Assembly (NCBI GenBank): GCA_011109175.1
Contig: RDEW01000017.1
Span: 372,001 to 436,000, forward strand
Length of the DNA: 64,000 nucleotides
Origin: Dicyema japonicum
Taxonomy: Eukaryota; Animalia; Dicyemida
Direction: 5' to 3'
Part shown: in pieces, positions 50,006 to 62,150 of the stretch
Layout: each line of letters begins with the position of its first letter
How positions within the stretch are numbered: position 1 is the stretch's first letter
The notes under the pieces: generated by a model
What the model saw: only the letters and a program-made list of their open reading frames with translations
Databases searched by the model: none
Told to the model about the DNA's origin: nothing
Position numbers and translations under genes: made by a program

Positions 50006-51608
50006 TATTATAACCCCGGGAACACAGAAAAGAGAAAAAAGTTATCGTCTAATTAAGTGATCCCGGTGTCAGTGCGTCCTCCTTTGTTTTGACTTTGTCT
50101 GCAATCGTTTATGATCGTCCAAAAGGGGGAAGGTTTGATCTCAAATTTGCGAGCATACTTCTGGTAGGCAAGAAACTCATCTTCAAGGGAGCTACCAGAA
50201 GATCGTACTATTTTCAAGAATTTTTGTTGTTTGTCACCGAGATGTTCCATAACTTTTTTGAGATCTAATGTGTTCTTCATTTCTGATGTAGGCGTCATTT
50301 TGTCACATTTAAGGAGGATCCGGAGGCATTGGCTTTGTATGACCTCTAATTTGTTTTGCGTGGATATTGACAAGGGTGTAATCCATGCCGTACATGCATG
50401 TTCCATTGTATGTAGAATAAACTGTTTGTATAATAATTTGAGATGAGAAAGTGAAGATTTTGGAGATCTAGCAAAGGTCTTGAGGATCCCCATCTTTTTT
50501 TGAACTCTTGAAATTATTGTGTCCACATGATGTGTGAACGTTATTTGTATTTTATTTATTAACCCCGGATACACCGAGAAAGAAGTTATAGTAAACAAAT
50601 AAGTGTATCCAGTTTCCACTTCTACAGAAACAGAGCCCATACGGAATCAGCATAAAAGGTAAAACGTCCATTACATGCAGTTGTGGAAACCCCTCCACTA
50701 AAGTGGGGAAGAGCAAATGATCCTTTTTCGTGCCGGCCTGGCACTGGGCGTCACCTAGACAGGTGGATCACATGACGCCACTCTATTTAGAAGAGAGAGG
50801 AGGAACAGACAAGCAAGCGGAAAACTTCAACCAATTAACCACGCAGCACCACGTTATCAATGGGTCATATGTAACTCCAAGGATTGATGGGTTCTTAATA
50901 ACTGGGATAAGCTCTTCATTCCAAGTTAATTTAGGATCGAAGGATGTAGGTTTCCTGTATGAGGAGATAATCGCAGTGTTCGACTTTTAGGGGATATTTT
51001 CATGTGGTTTTTGAGGAACCATGGGTTCATAATGTCGAGGGTCTCCTGAACTCTTCACGCAGCTTCTTTATGGTCTTCATGTCTTGCTGCAACAATGAGA
51101 TCGTCGGCATAAGATAGAAGAATGGTATTTTGGATGTTTGGATTTGGAAGGTCTCTTGTAAATAAATTTAACAAGGTTGCTGATAAAGGGGATCCTTGAG
51201 GGACTCCGTTGGGAAAGTATCGTTGTCTTGATTTTTTATTATTCATAACAACTTGGCCTTTTCTACCATTAATGATTTGGCCAGCCACATCGGGATTTTC
51301 GGATGGATATCGGTGTCAAAATTTTTTGTTGTTAGAGTCTTCCTCGGTACCGAATCAAACGCCTTCTCGATATCCAGATCGACAAATACCGTTCTTTTAT
51401 GTGGTTTTGAGTAGTTCAGTTCATCCGATATGAACTGAATTAGTTTTGTTAGATGTGTTGAAATTGAGTATCCCGATCTGAAGCCATGTTAAACTTGCAA
51501 GATCAAGCGAATGAGTAATCTTATGGAGGATTAATTTTTCCAATGTCCTTGAAATAACAAAGAATCGATATTGGACGATAACTCCGGGGGTCGTCTAAAG
51601 CTTTGTTC
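50006..51608 (-). mobile_element. 5'-truncated I/Jockey-group-like LINE with 16-bp TSD
   Basis: SYRPISI, GVPQGSPLS, YADDL, LGVTYD. 3'UTR ends cccggggttataataat. TSD tttttacagcaattat at 49990-50005 and 51609-51624. Confidence 0.9.
50545..50850 (-). mobile_element. Complete 306-bp pseudoknot-core SINE with 7-bp TSD, nested in the LINE
   Basis: TSD acgttat at 50538-44 and 50851-57. Head GGTGCTGCGTGGTTAATTGG, core 50718-50779, tail atccggggttaataaataaaa. Removing it restores YDPLITFTHH. Confidence 0.9.
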
Positions 51609-51743
51609 TTTTTACAGCAATTATATAGCACCAATTTTTTAAATAAGTTTTTTAATCAAATAAAAAAATAATTAAAATAAATTTATATTTTAAATTATTA
51701 ATTATAAATTTATTCAAAGTTTTTCCTTGTTGTAGATTATCAA

Positions 51744-52514
51744 ATGGAAATAAAAACAGAATCTCAGGAGACCTTAGCTGACATAAGACAGAAACATCTC
51801 AACAAAATGAGAGATCTTCAACTAAAACGAGTAGTACTTATTCTTACTAACAGAACGAAGCTCGTAAAATAAATCTTGCAGAAGTAGCGGAGGAGAACAG
51901 ACAGGCTAAGCTTCCTACAAACTGGGAGGCCAAGCAAAAACGTCACGAATGGCTTGTGAATGATGAAAAGCTAAGACAGGTAAACCTTTAATTTATGCTG
52001 GAATGTGAAGAAATTGGGGTGGAAATGGAAAGGGTAAAGTTCATGGAGACCTCAGTTGAGGACGTGGAACGAATGGACCGTAAAAAGAAGAGAAAGTTCA
52101 CGAATATAGACTACGTGGACTTTGATAAGGCCTCGGGACGGAAGTACAGCAAGTTGGTGTCTCAAATGTGGAAGGACGAGTCAGCATACAACAAGCAGAA
52201 GGAGGCACTGTGAGTGTGTGGATGTTATTGTAGTGGGGACTCTTTTTATGCTGATGGTGGGACTTTGGGTCTGACAGATGTTGTGGACTCTGAAGAGGCG
52301 AAGGACGGGTTGGTGTCTGACTTACAAAACCAGTAAGAGGGTTATTGATAGCAGAATTCGTGTTCGTGAGAGACACAGCAGAAGGCGGGAGAATAATACG
52401 AATATAGATTATATTAATAAGAAGAATATGAGGTTTAACAAAAAGTTGGAATACTTTTATGGTAAGTATACGGCTGAAATTAAACAAAATTTGGAAAGGG
52501 GTACTGCTCTTTGA
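51744..52514 (+). CDS. SYF2: Pre-mRNA splicing factor SYF2
   Basis: NEARKIN..EV.EE...KLP.NWEAK... and [33 protein letters not shown]; short introns. Confidence 0.92.
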
Positions 52515-52884
52515 TTACTTTCTTTTACTAATTAATTTGTGTTTTAATGCTTGTTTGATAATTGTGGACGTATTGTGTCAATATTTTATGACTCTTTATT
52601 TCAATCCAAATTGCTGATAATTACTTTCCTTTTCTTAGAAGAGGGGTTTGCAGCCAACTCACTCTTATTCTCATCTCGACAGCAGTGTCAGTAATTATAT
52701 CTCTAGCTCTGTGTAAAAGTTCCGTTGATGCAACTTACTAAAGTCAAACAATGGGACTGAATTCAAGAACAGTGCAAACTTTGTCAAGAGTTTAACATTG
52801 GGAAAATTCATACAACACCAAATAATCATTGTACACAGGGGACTATTGAGCTTTTTAATCAGACAATAACCCGGAAACTATTAA

Positions 52885-53040
52885 ATAATAATAATAACAC
52901 CAGAGACCACGGTTACACAAACTAACTAATCACGTGATCCCAGCACGCTCTAGAATGGACCTTATCTTGGTCCGATGCTCGTCCCCACACAAGCACGTAT
53001 CGGTCGAGTGACTGGACGTTCCGTGGTTCATTCTTATCAA
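52885..53040 (-). mobile_element. Retroelement 3' end with (TTA)n tail
   Basis: Reverse-complement match to 6720-6872. Confidence 0.75.
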
Positions 53041-54129
53041 GGCTTTAAGAAGCTAAATGCTAGATAAGAATAAAACCAGGCAGGACACACTTTATTTATA
53101 GATTTTTGCGACCATTAGCGTCATTTTCCATGTCAATAGCGTTACTAAACAAACTTATAAAAAATTTTCTCATTTTCAACACCTCCTATGGAAACATAGT
53201 TTTTCACGTGCGGAATAAATTCTCAATTGAATTGGGAATGACGATTAAAAGGCAATGGAACACGGAGATTGTCCGTAAATGATGAATACAGACATTATCA
53301 AAGATATCGGGTCTTCAATTCCCTCTTCATAATAGAGACTTTTAGGGATTTTTGAAAAATTAGTCATTGACGCAATTTCTGGTTCTGATGGCCCATACAG
53401 GAAAATAGGTAGAAGATCCTGAAATAGCTCTTCCTCATCTTGTCTTTAGGATACTGAAAATTCGACCTCATTATGAGTTTTAAGATGTTCTCTTATCCAA
53501 AAATATATTTACCCTTTTCCCGATGTTAATAATTAGAAAGTGATGCTATTGATCGGGAAAGCGATGCTTAAAAGACTTTGGAACAAATCCTTAATTGTGA
53601 CTAGTTCGAGTACCATCCAGCTGCAGAATTAATATTACGCACATAAGATCTCCTTGAGCGCTGCTAGCTATTTGAGCGAATCTTGCACCCCGTCTTGAGA
53701 GGGAATAGCCACACGGTCAGGACGGCTACTCTATGACCCTTGGTTGATTGTTTCTTTTAAATAAATTGAGAATATTTTTTTATTAACACGTAATAATTAA
53801 TTAACACAGCCATCCATCCAAAGTGGTCGTCTAAAAAAAGACTCATACCCAACAAAGAGAAAAAAAGAAATGAATAACATTTCTCATTCTCCTTCATCGA
53901 TTAGTTATGATAACTTTCTTTACTTAAAATAAACTTTGTGTCCTGTCTGGCTCCTCATAAAGTGCATTATTTATTTACAATGGCTACTTGTGACTAATTA
54001 TTTAAAATTTCTTCAGACGACTAGCATCAACTTGTATGTAACCATCTGAGTGAGGAGATATCTCCAACTCAGATGGGCATTGGTGTCCCTCATGGACGTG
54101 AGGCCACCATTCATTCAACACGCATGTTT

Positions 54130-55330
54130 GCCTCCTTATGTAATCCCAGATAACTCAAACTATCTGTGAAGCTAGATATCTCGAGTGCATTCAATTCCCT
54201 CAGGCGTGACCGCATGTGTGAGTTCTGCGTTTCTAGGACGTGTGAAATAGCCAAATTTGTATATCTTTCTTACGGATTTGAGAATTCGCTTGTCTTCATT
54301 AATCACAATGTCGACTTTTTGTCTGGTGTCCAGCGAGATGATCCCCTTGGACCTGTCCATTTCTCCATTACTATTGACCTAGTTATTCAACTCTCGGCCC
54401 CCCTTAATAATTGGTAGGGACGCTTTGGAAATCTCTATTCCTGTTCTTTTAGACCTTGGCCTGCAAGTGAATATGTGGAAGACATAGATCATAAATGTTA
54501 GCTTTCCATCGTACGAGTATTCCATTGTCCAAACCCGCCTTGAGGCCTTGTTCACTGAAACGATGATAGTCGAGTTTCTGGTACGGTCCTCCTTGGATGC
54601 CCTCTATTCTTGTCAGAAATGGAAAAGTTTATGAGAAAGGTAGACTCGTTCCAGAGGCTAAATCTCTTGAAGCAGATACCGCCTTCTTAATGAAAAATAA
54701 CATTTTTTGTTCCCAAGATGATCTTCTCATTACAGAGTTCCCATGTTACCATGAGTTTGAAAGACGACTGAGGAAATCCTCAATATCATATTGGACAGCA
54801 CCGGCTGGTCATAAGGAAAGCTCCCGATATGGTTTGGGGGAATTAATTTGAGGTCTCCTGCCAATTTGGCTATTCCATACTACCTTTCGTCCCTCACAAG
54901 TTGCCGTGCCTTGACCAAGTAAATTTTATGTTCCTGTCACGGATTAAGTCTGAACCTTTTGCTTGACGCGGTTGTGCAGCAGTGGACAGTGAACGGGCTT
55001 AGTGTTCCGAAGAACTTTACCTCTAAAGGACTGGGATAAAATCTTTTGTGAAAAAAGCTAAATTAACTTGGAATGTCCAAGGATATTCATCGTCACACAT
55101 GTCTAAATGGAGCGTCTGCTGAGCATTCGGGGTCCTGGCTCAATGACTTTTCGGTACGGGAAGTAGGTACTCTGCTTAACGGAAATACAATCCGCGTTGG
55201 AGTTACTCTTAGGCTAGGCCTTAGCGTCTGCTGGAACACCGATGCCGATGTGGTGGGATTGTTGACAGAAAAGGACTACACCCGCTGTCATGCAGACGGA
55301 GCTCCGGGAGATTTCCTCGTCACACCATGT
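54130..55330 (+). mobile_element. Decayed CRE element (RT to REL zinc region)
   Basis: KLDISSAFNSLRRD, GVQRDDPLGP, HSGSWL and IRVGVTLRLGL. Confidence 0.8.
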
Positions 55331-55344
55331 TAAACTAGAAGCAA

Positions 55345-56845
55345 TATTGACATTTTTTGCATCAATTTTGCGATATTCAATTTTAACATTTTTTAAATTT
55401 ATTTTAACAGTGCAAATTACATCTTTGACAGTGGAACTAACAATGTTAATTAACAACTTAATCAGATAATGGAATCCCAAGCGTACAATTACCATTTATT
55501 TTTTCAACATTCCTGTAAAAATGTCGTATTTTCTCCCGCGTTAGATGTGCTAAAGAATAGTCCAAAGCATTTTGTAGTAATTGAGCTCAAAATTCGGTCA
55601 AGGTTCCATTTTCTGCTGCAATATAATCATTATGGGAATTGTTGTGATAAATACGTCTTTATCCCAGCCTTAAAATAGAAAAACAGCCTTCGCATTGATT
55701 AAGTTGAGGAGAATATGGTGCATCAAATCTTCGAATAATATGTTCTACTCGTATACCTTTAAAATTTCCTTGATTTTTATGGATTGGAGCATTATCCATA
55801 TAAATAATAAGTTCCTCTCCAGCTAAACTGTCAGATAATGCCGTCATAAAATTTATAAATTTCGATTTTATAGATCCAATGTGTGATTCAATTCTCACAA
55901 TTGTTCCGTTGTCATCAATTGCTAAAATAACGTAGAGATTCACCCTTTTGCTTGCCCTTACTGGAACTATCGCACGTGATCCTATATGGGATCGGCTGAA
56001 TTTTTTTAAAGTGAAGAATTTGAAATTTGATCGTCCAAATGTATTTTTCTATTTGTATTACGTTGATAATCCAATGCAAATATTTTTTTTTCTATATTTT
56101 CCAGACTATACCTGGAAATTGGTTCTCTTCGCAGCATTTTGTAGGTAATCAATCGGCCATCAAGTCGGTTATATATTGTCGCAATACAAACTTTATTATT
56201 TATCAATGTTCCTATTTCCTTCAATGTTATCGCTGGATTATTCTCAATTTTTTTCAATTATCAAATTCATATCATATCCGTAAGTTTAATCGTAGCATCC
56301 TTCTACCTCCATGTTTACAAACATACGGATTTCCACTTTTTACGATGGCTATAGCTGTTGTCCTCTTGACTCCAAGATCTCGAGCAAGCTGTATATAATC
56401 GCCACCCTCTTCATCCTTATTTATATGTGCTCTTCTCGTAGCTTCTGATATTTTTGAATTTTTTCTTGACATAAAATCGGTACAAGAACAACGAATCAAG
56501 AAATATAAAATAAATCACAAATCGTATTTGGATCAACTATGATAAACGAAGTCAAAATTGATATAAAAAATGTCATAATAGAATATCTCATTGTCAATAT
56601 TGAATATCACATTGTCAAAATTGATATAAAAATGTCATAATAGAATATCGCATTGTCAATATTGTATATCACATTGTCAAAATTGATATAAAAATGTCAT
56701 AATAGAATATCGCATTGTCATTGTATATCACATTGTCAAAATTGATATAAAAAATGTCATAATAGAATATCGCATTGTCAATATTATATATCACATTGTC
56801 AAAATAAAAATAAAAAATGTCAAAATCGAACTGAAAATGGTATAG
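55345..56845 (-). mobile_element. IS630/Tc1-mariner-like DNA transposon
   Basis: HTH region (LARDLGVKRTT; NPAITLKEI), YMDNAPIH and PYSPQLNQCEG.FS. Inverted subterminal repeat similarity between about 55352-55402 and 56551-56826. Confidence 0.8.
56551..56826. repeat. Tandem array of ~62-bp units (4 plus a partial)
   Basis: Units start at 56551, 56614, 56676, 56735 and 56798, each with three TGTCA motifs. Confidence 0.95.
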
Positions 56846-57229
56846 ACAGTCATCAGAGCAATCAAAGACACCGGGTTTACTTGCCTTCTGAAACCTTTTG
56901 CTCTTGACAGAAGTGATGCAAGAGGCCGGTTAGCTATCAACCATGTCATGGAGCCAGGGGAGGTGTTTTGCTTGCACGTACACTAATAAGAATTTGCTTA
57001 AGTCATCTTTGCACGTGGGTTCCGATTTGAATAGGTGGAAGTATCACGAAATCGTGGACCGGTTTCCAGCCGATCTTCGTTTAGACGTCTATCGTTATTG
57101 GCCCGAATACGTCTTAGTATATCAGGTTTATCGAACGGCTTTCAGGGAAGCGGAGGGAAAACAGAATGACGCGATGGTTTTTCCAGAACATTGGGCTCGC
57201 AATTATGGGAAATAACTTCCTGGCTATGT

Positions 57230-58485
57230 GATATATTTTTATTGGCCACAAATTGATAACTTGGCTTACAAACTTTATCAGTGTTCAAAATTGGTTCGCG
57301 AACTTTATCAGTAGCCGAGGAGACAAGATAAGAAATCGAAAGTCAAAGTCTCGGTAACTCCTGAATGGGGTTTCTAAAAAATCTCCATTATCCCCAACAT
57401 TATTCAATCTCTTTCTCAAATATCCTCCTACTCCAAATGCCGCTAACACTCTCCTGTCGTATGCCGCCGATATTATAGTTGCAGCAAGAAGCAACACTAA
57501 GAATGCAAGAGACTTTGAACCAAATGAATCTTTATTCCTTTAAGAACAGATAGCATATCACTCCAGAAAAATTGAGTACTACGATTGTGACCCAATACAG
57601 AAAAGATAAGTCACATTCAACTAAAGAAGACCCCTTTCATCATTGGAATCACATTAGACCCACTACACATCACGTGGATTTAACAGTTTTGTGAGTTCAA
57701 AAGAAGATGAGAATTCTAAAACATTTGCCAGATCTCCAATTTCTTCCACCCCTTACTCAAATACAGGCAATATATCTTGCCAACAATCTAACACCAGCAT
57801 GGATTGCACCGCTGTTCATATCCGCACAAAAAAAAACTTGAAGTTATACAAAATCAATGTCTGAAATGATCAAACGAATACTTACCTTATCATTGAGGAA
57901 AGCGGTTGATGTCAAAACAGTTTGTGACATCAGACGGACAGACAAAGCAATTTTCTAAAAACTACAGGAAGCTCACTCAAAAAGATTTTAACTGAAATAT
58001 GAACTTAGGTATGAAAATAAAGATTTTAAGAAATTTTAGTTGCCAAATTTTGTCTTAGTGATGACATATTTAGCGTTAAATAGTTCAATGGCTACTTTTC
58101 TTGCGATTAAATAAATCTATTAACGTTAGAAAGGACGATCTTAAGAGATGTCGAAAACTGACAGCTTTGAAATGAGGAAACTTAGATGCACCGAGTTCCT
58201 AGTTCGAATCCTGTTATGACAAAAAATAATCCATCTTAAGAACCTACGCATATAGTAGATAGTTAATATGTTTAAAGTATTTCCCCTATGCTCCTCAAGC
58301 GATTCTTCTATAAAGTCCTTTAGGATTCTCTTTACAGAACTGAGTGATCTTCCACTAATAAGTGTTGACATGACATGGTCCACTACTTATATTACAGATT
58401 GAGTCGTAGGACAATGAAGCCTGTGTAAGTTTCCACGTTCTCCTCTAGTGTTAATTTCTCTACTTTCTTGAAATAAAAAAATCCA
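57230..58485 (-). CDS. Unidentified intron-containing gene divergent from RPL15
   Basis: ATG at 58485, clear short introns (e.g. gtaagtattcgtttgatcatttcag) and coding-like stretches. The frame was not fully resolved and the 3' boundary is approximate. Confidence 0.4.
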
Positions 58486-58581
58486 TTATCTTAATTTATT
58501 AATTTATTTAATAAATAAATAATAAAATATTATATTAATTTAAATACTAAACGTGTTTTAGATTCTCTTCTTTGCTGTTAG
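58486..58581. promoter_or_regulatory. Putative compact bidirectional promoter
   Basis: 96-bp AT-rich spacer between divergent start codons; possible 29-nt 5'UTR intron ending immediately before the RPL15 ATG. Confidence 0.4.
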
Positions 58582-59194
58582 ATGTGTTCAGCTATATATG
58601 CACAAGAATTGTGGAAGAACAAGCAATCGGATACTATGAAATACCTGCTTCGAGTGAGATGTTGGAGTGCTCGTCAGCTTCCTAATGTGTCCAGGATTTC
58701 CCGTCCGAGCCGTCCAGAAAAGCACACCGTTTGGGTTACAAAGCTAAACAAGGATTTGTGATATATCAGGTCAGAGTAAAAAGAGGATCTAGAAAACGTC
58801 CTGTGAAGAAAGGGATAACATACGGAAAACCCGTCACCCATGGGGTAAAGGAACGGAAGACTAAACAGAATCTCCAAGCCATTGCCGAGGGCCGTGCTGG
58901 TCGTCGCTGCAACGCCCTGCGAGTGTTGAATTCTTATTGGGTCTGTCAAGATGGAATTTACAAGATCTATGAAGTGATCATGGTGGATCCTGCTCACAAG
59001 GTGATTAGAGATGACCCCGCCATAAACTGGATTTGCAACCCCAATAAGAAACACAGAGAACTCCATGGTCTCACTTCAGCCTCTAGAAAGTCACGTGGTA
59101 TTGGAAGGGACATTATTACCATCAAACAATTGGTGGGTCTTCTCATGCTGCTTGGAGGAGACGAAACACCGTCAGGTTCGCCAGAGTGCGTTGA
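58582..59194 (+). CDS. RPL15: 60S ribosomal protein L15 (eL15)
   Basis: QELW.NKQSD...[26 protein letters not shown]...LNSYWV...EVI.VDP.H...HRE.HGLTSA. Restoring two missing A's gives 204 codons plus stop. Confidence 0.95.
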
Positions 59195-59829
59195 TTTTTT
59201 CCTTTTAATAAATTCTGATTTTGTTGTTTTCTATTTGTAATTTTTGCAATTTGTGTTATTCTTAAATTCTCCCCCAATGTCGAGCAAGCAGTCATGATTA
59301 CCCGACTAGTCATAACATCTATCAGAGCGTATAGTGATAAAAGGTATTACTTTTTAGTCTAGTATTAGATATAATTTTTATCTAGTTGATTTGTGCTATT
59401 TTGCGCTCGAAAATGATAATTATACCAGGTTTTTAGTTGGAATTTGTTCATTCTCCAAGTTTTGTGGGACGAAACCAAATCTGCTGTCGTAGTATCTAGT
59501 TCCATTAAAAATCGCTGAGGAACATAATCACTTACTACATTTGTAACATCGTTAAGAATTTCACGTGGTCCATAATATTATGATACGCGTATTAGAAGTT
59601 ATATCTGTCTCCGTCCCATCACTAGCTATGAAGGTGGACAAATTCTCCACAAGAATAAAGTGCAAAAAGCTACCAGACGATTGAAAGATCTCAATATCCT
59701 AGCACAGTTTTTTTCGAACGGGGGGGGGGGAATTTTTTAATTATGATTTTTTTAATTCATGAAATTCAGCTTTATTTAACCAACAAAGAAGTAAACAATT
59801 CATTCGAACAACTATTAACTGTGCAAGTC

Positions 59830-60482
59830 CTTGCTGGTCAACTTCTGCCTCTCTTACTTCCATTGACAAACTACAAAAAGTACAAAGAATCGCGCTCAAG
59901 ACAATTACTGGATGTCTCAGATCAACTCATGTTTATCATCTACATTGGGAGTCAAAGATCCTCCCAATTGGAGACCTTATCGAAATGAAAACCATGCAGT
60001 TCCTCTCCCAAGCCTACAGCCTAGAACATCCCTGCCACTCTCTATGCAAACCGCAAAACAAAAAAATTATTATGACAACCAGTGACCTGTCTCGAATGTT
60101 ATCATCCATCCCTTCCACCCCCATTGACAGGAGTCGTCTAAAACAGATACATAATTTTGTTTCTACGAGAAGCATCCGAAGACTCGGAGACAATAAAATA
60201 CTACAGCGACCCCCTCTCTAATAGACCAATCAGAATCCTCTCTTCCGAGGGACGTCCGAGTAAACCTGGCTCGTCTACGATGTGGGCACCACCTATATCT
60301 ACCAACATACAATATACTCTGTCCCTTTTGCAACCTACACATGTTGACAACAAATCACCTATTTGAATGTTATGATTCCCGAACTGATCGATCTATGGGA
60401 GCGACCAACTGCTGCGTCCTACTTAATAGCTGCTGGCCTCCTACAAGTTAGTGAGGCTGGGGTTAATTGACTAACTAACAAA
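59830..60482 (+). mobile_element. 5'-truncated LINE, same family as 22620-23205
   Basis: Long high-similarity alignment; ends gaggctggggttaattgactaactaacaaaaaaa. Confidence 0.8.
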
Positions 60483-60499
60483 AAAAGCTAATATTTAGC

Positions 60500-60900
60500 A
60501 ATCGTGACCTTCCTTGCCTGCCTGCTCTCCAATCTTAAGGCAGATTCGGTTCTGGTTGCTAAAACAGCTCTGAGAGCGCTTTGTCCAATTGAAACATCTG
60601 CCCATATGGCATCTCCAGCCAGTCTGCTTTCTTAGTAGAAGTTCCATGAAATTATCGGGGCAATCCTTGAGAAAGAAATAGACTGGTCGGATGAAGTTGG
60701 ATTATCATTTCTTTTGACTAATGTCGTTGTGCGGATGTTCGGGTGATTTAGAATCACCATTTTTTCTAAAGAATCAGCAATTATATTACCTCTTTTGTCG
60801 GCCAATTAAGTAGTCAGCCATTAGGGGTGTTTGGCGTTGAAGTCACCACATAAAATAATGTTTCCCAGTTCATGGAGTTTATCAAGTCACTTAATTAGCG
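60500..60900 (-). mobile_element. LINE APE endonuclease remnant
   Basis: GDFNAKHP motif and a downstream SSD-like motif. Confidence 0.55.
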
Positions 60901-61183
60901 GGTTTAACTCTTTTTTTGGTGTTCCCTTTTTCGGGGTTAGTTAATAATAATAAAATCAGATTTAATATTCAAAAAATTCATTTTAAAGAATCATATACCA
61001 GTGGAGTAACAAGGGAATTATTCTTAATTCGTAAATGTTCCTAATAATGTCTAATTATTGCCTATTTTTGAATTGTACATTAAGACTCCTCATAACCGCC
61101 AATTTTGGGAATTCGAAAAAACTGGTGGTTAAGAGGAGTTAGCATTATAGGGGCTAATAAAGAAAAATTTTATTTTTTGCAAC

Positions 61184-61700
61184 TTGAGAGGGCTAAAGCT
61201 CTCTGCTGAAAAATCTTGCGCACTCCGAATAAGCAATGTGAAAAAGCACCTGAAACAAGAATACACACTAAGAGTAAACAATGCACACAATCTGCGCTAC
61301 CTGAGGGTCGACTATGGACACGCAGGAGATTATATGGACGACATAAATGGGAGGAGAAAGAGAGCACTTCAGTCGCTCCTATGTACACGGAAGTTACACA
61401 TTAGCCGCGACACCTACCTGTTTATCTTCAAGGGAGTTATTCTTCCTAGCCTACTTTATGGGTGCGAGTGGTGGTTCTTCTCTCTGAAAAGGGAGAAGAT
61501 CTTATCTCTCCTAGAGAAGACTAAAAGAGCTGCAATTAAGCTCTCCTTAAATAAGAAACTGAATTACTGTCTAAGCGAGGACGAAAACAAGCTCTTAGAA
61601 CCGATTAGCAGAATTGTGGAGTTCGGATCAATGGTTTCAGAAGGAGATCAAAGATCCAGGACACTTATATAAAGCTGGTAGAAACGTCCTGAAAAAAAAT
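61184..61700 (+). mobile_element. LINE RT C-terminal fragment
   Basis: GLKLSAEKS...LRYL...ILPSLLYGCEWW. Confidence 0.65.
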
Positions 61701-61789
61701 TAATAAAAAAAGGAGGAAGGGTCCAGTTGTGAAGTCCAAGCCTTATGGTAGGACTCAGATGTAATACTCTCCAGAAAAATCCTTAACTC

Positions 61790-62150
61790 TTTTGTTAATA
61801 AATATTTTTCTTAAATTCAATATTAAAATCCTCTTCTACCATAGGATACCCCGTTGGGAAACCCTGATCTAGGCTTTGCAAATTTGCCAATAATCCATTT
61901 ATAACATTTTTACAGCTGCTTTTCGGTGAAATAAGTTTGTAAAAAATTCCTGTTTCATCAGCATTATAAACATTTTCGTGCCCATACTGTTTCAATTTTA
62001 AAAAAGATTTCTCAATTAGCACTATTAATTCCTAAAGACTCCCCCAAAAAATTCTAGATTTAAATGAGTTTCTTTTTAAAGCTATCCAAGCCAACCATTC
62101 GAATTTTTAAAGTCCTGCTTAATGCAGAAACGTTATTTGACAAAATTCTA
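61790..62150 (-). mobile_element. pogo/Tigger remnant
   Basis: SNGWLDSFKKR and NVYNADETGIFYK. Confidence 0.7.

Noticed and set aside
56551-56826. Regular repeat array as a CRISPR
   Set aside because: No unique spacers, the units are contiguous near-identical copies, the context is eukaryotic, and no cas genes are present.
57285-57560. MFS transporter motifs (DSFGSK, RVLAAFGVGG)
   Set aside because: Too few hydrophobic segments and no consistent 12-TM model, so it was left unidentified.
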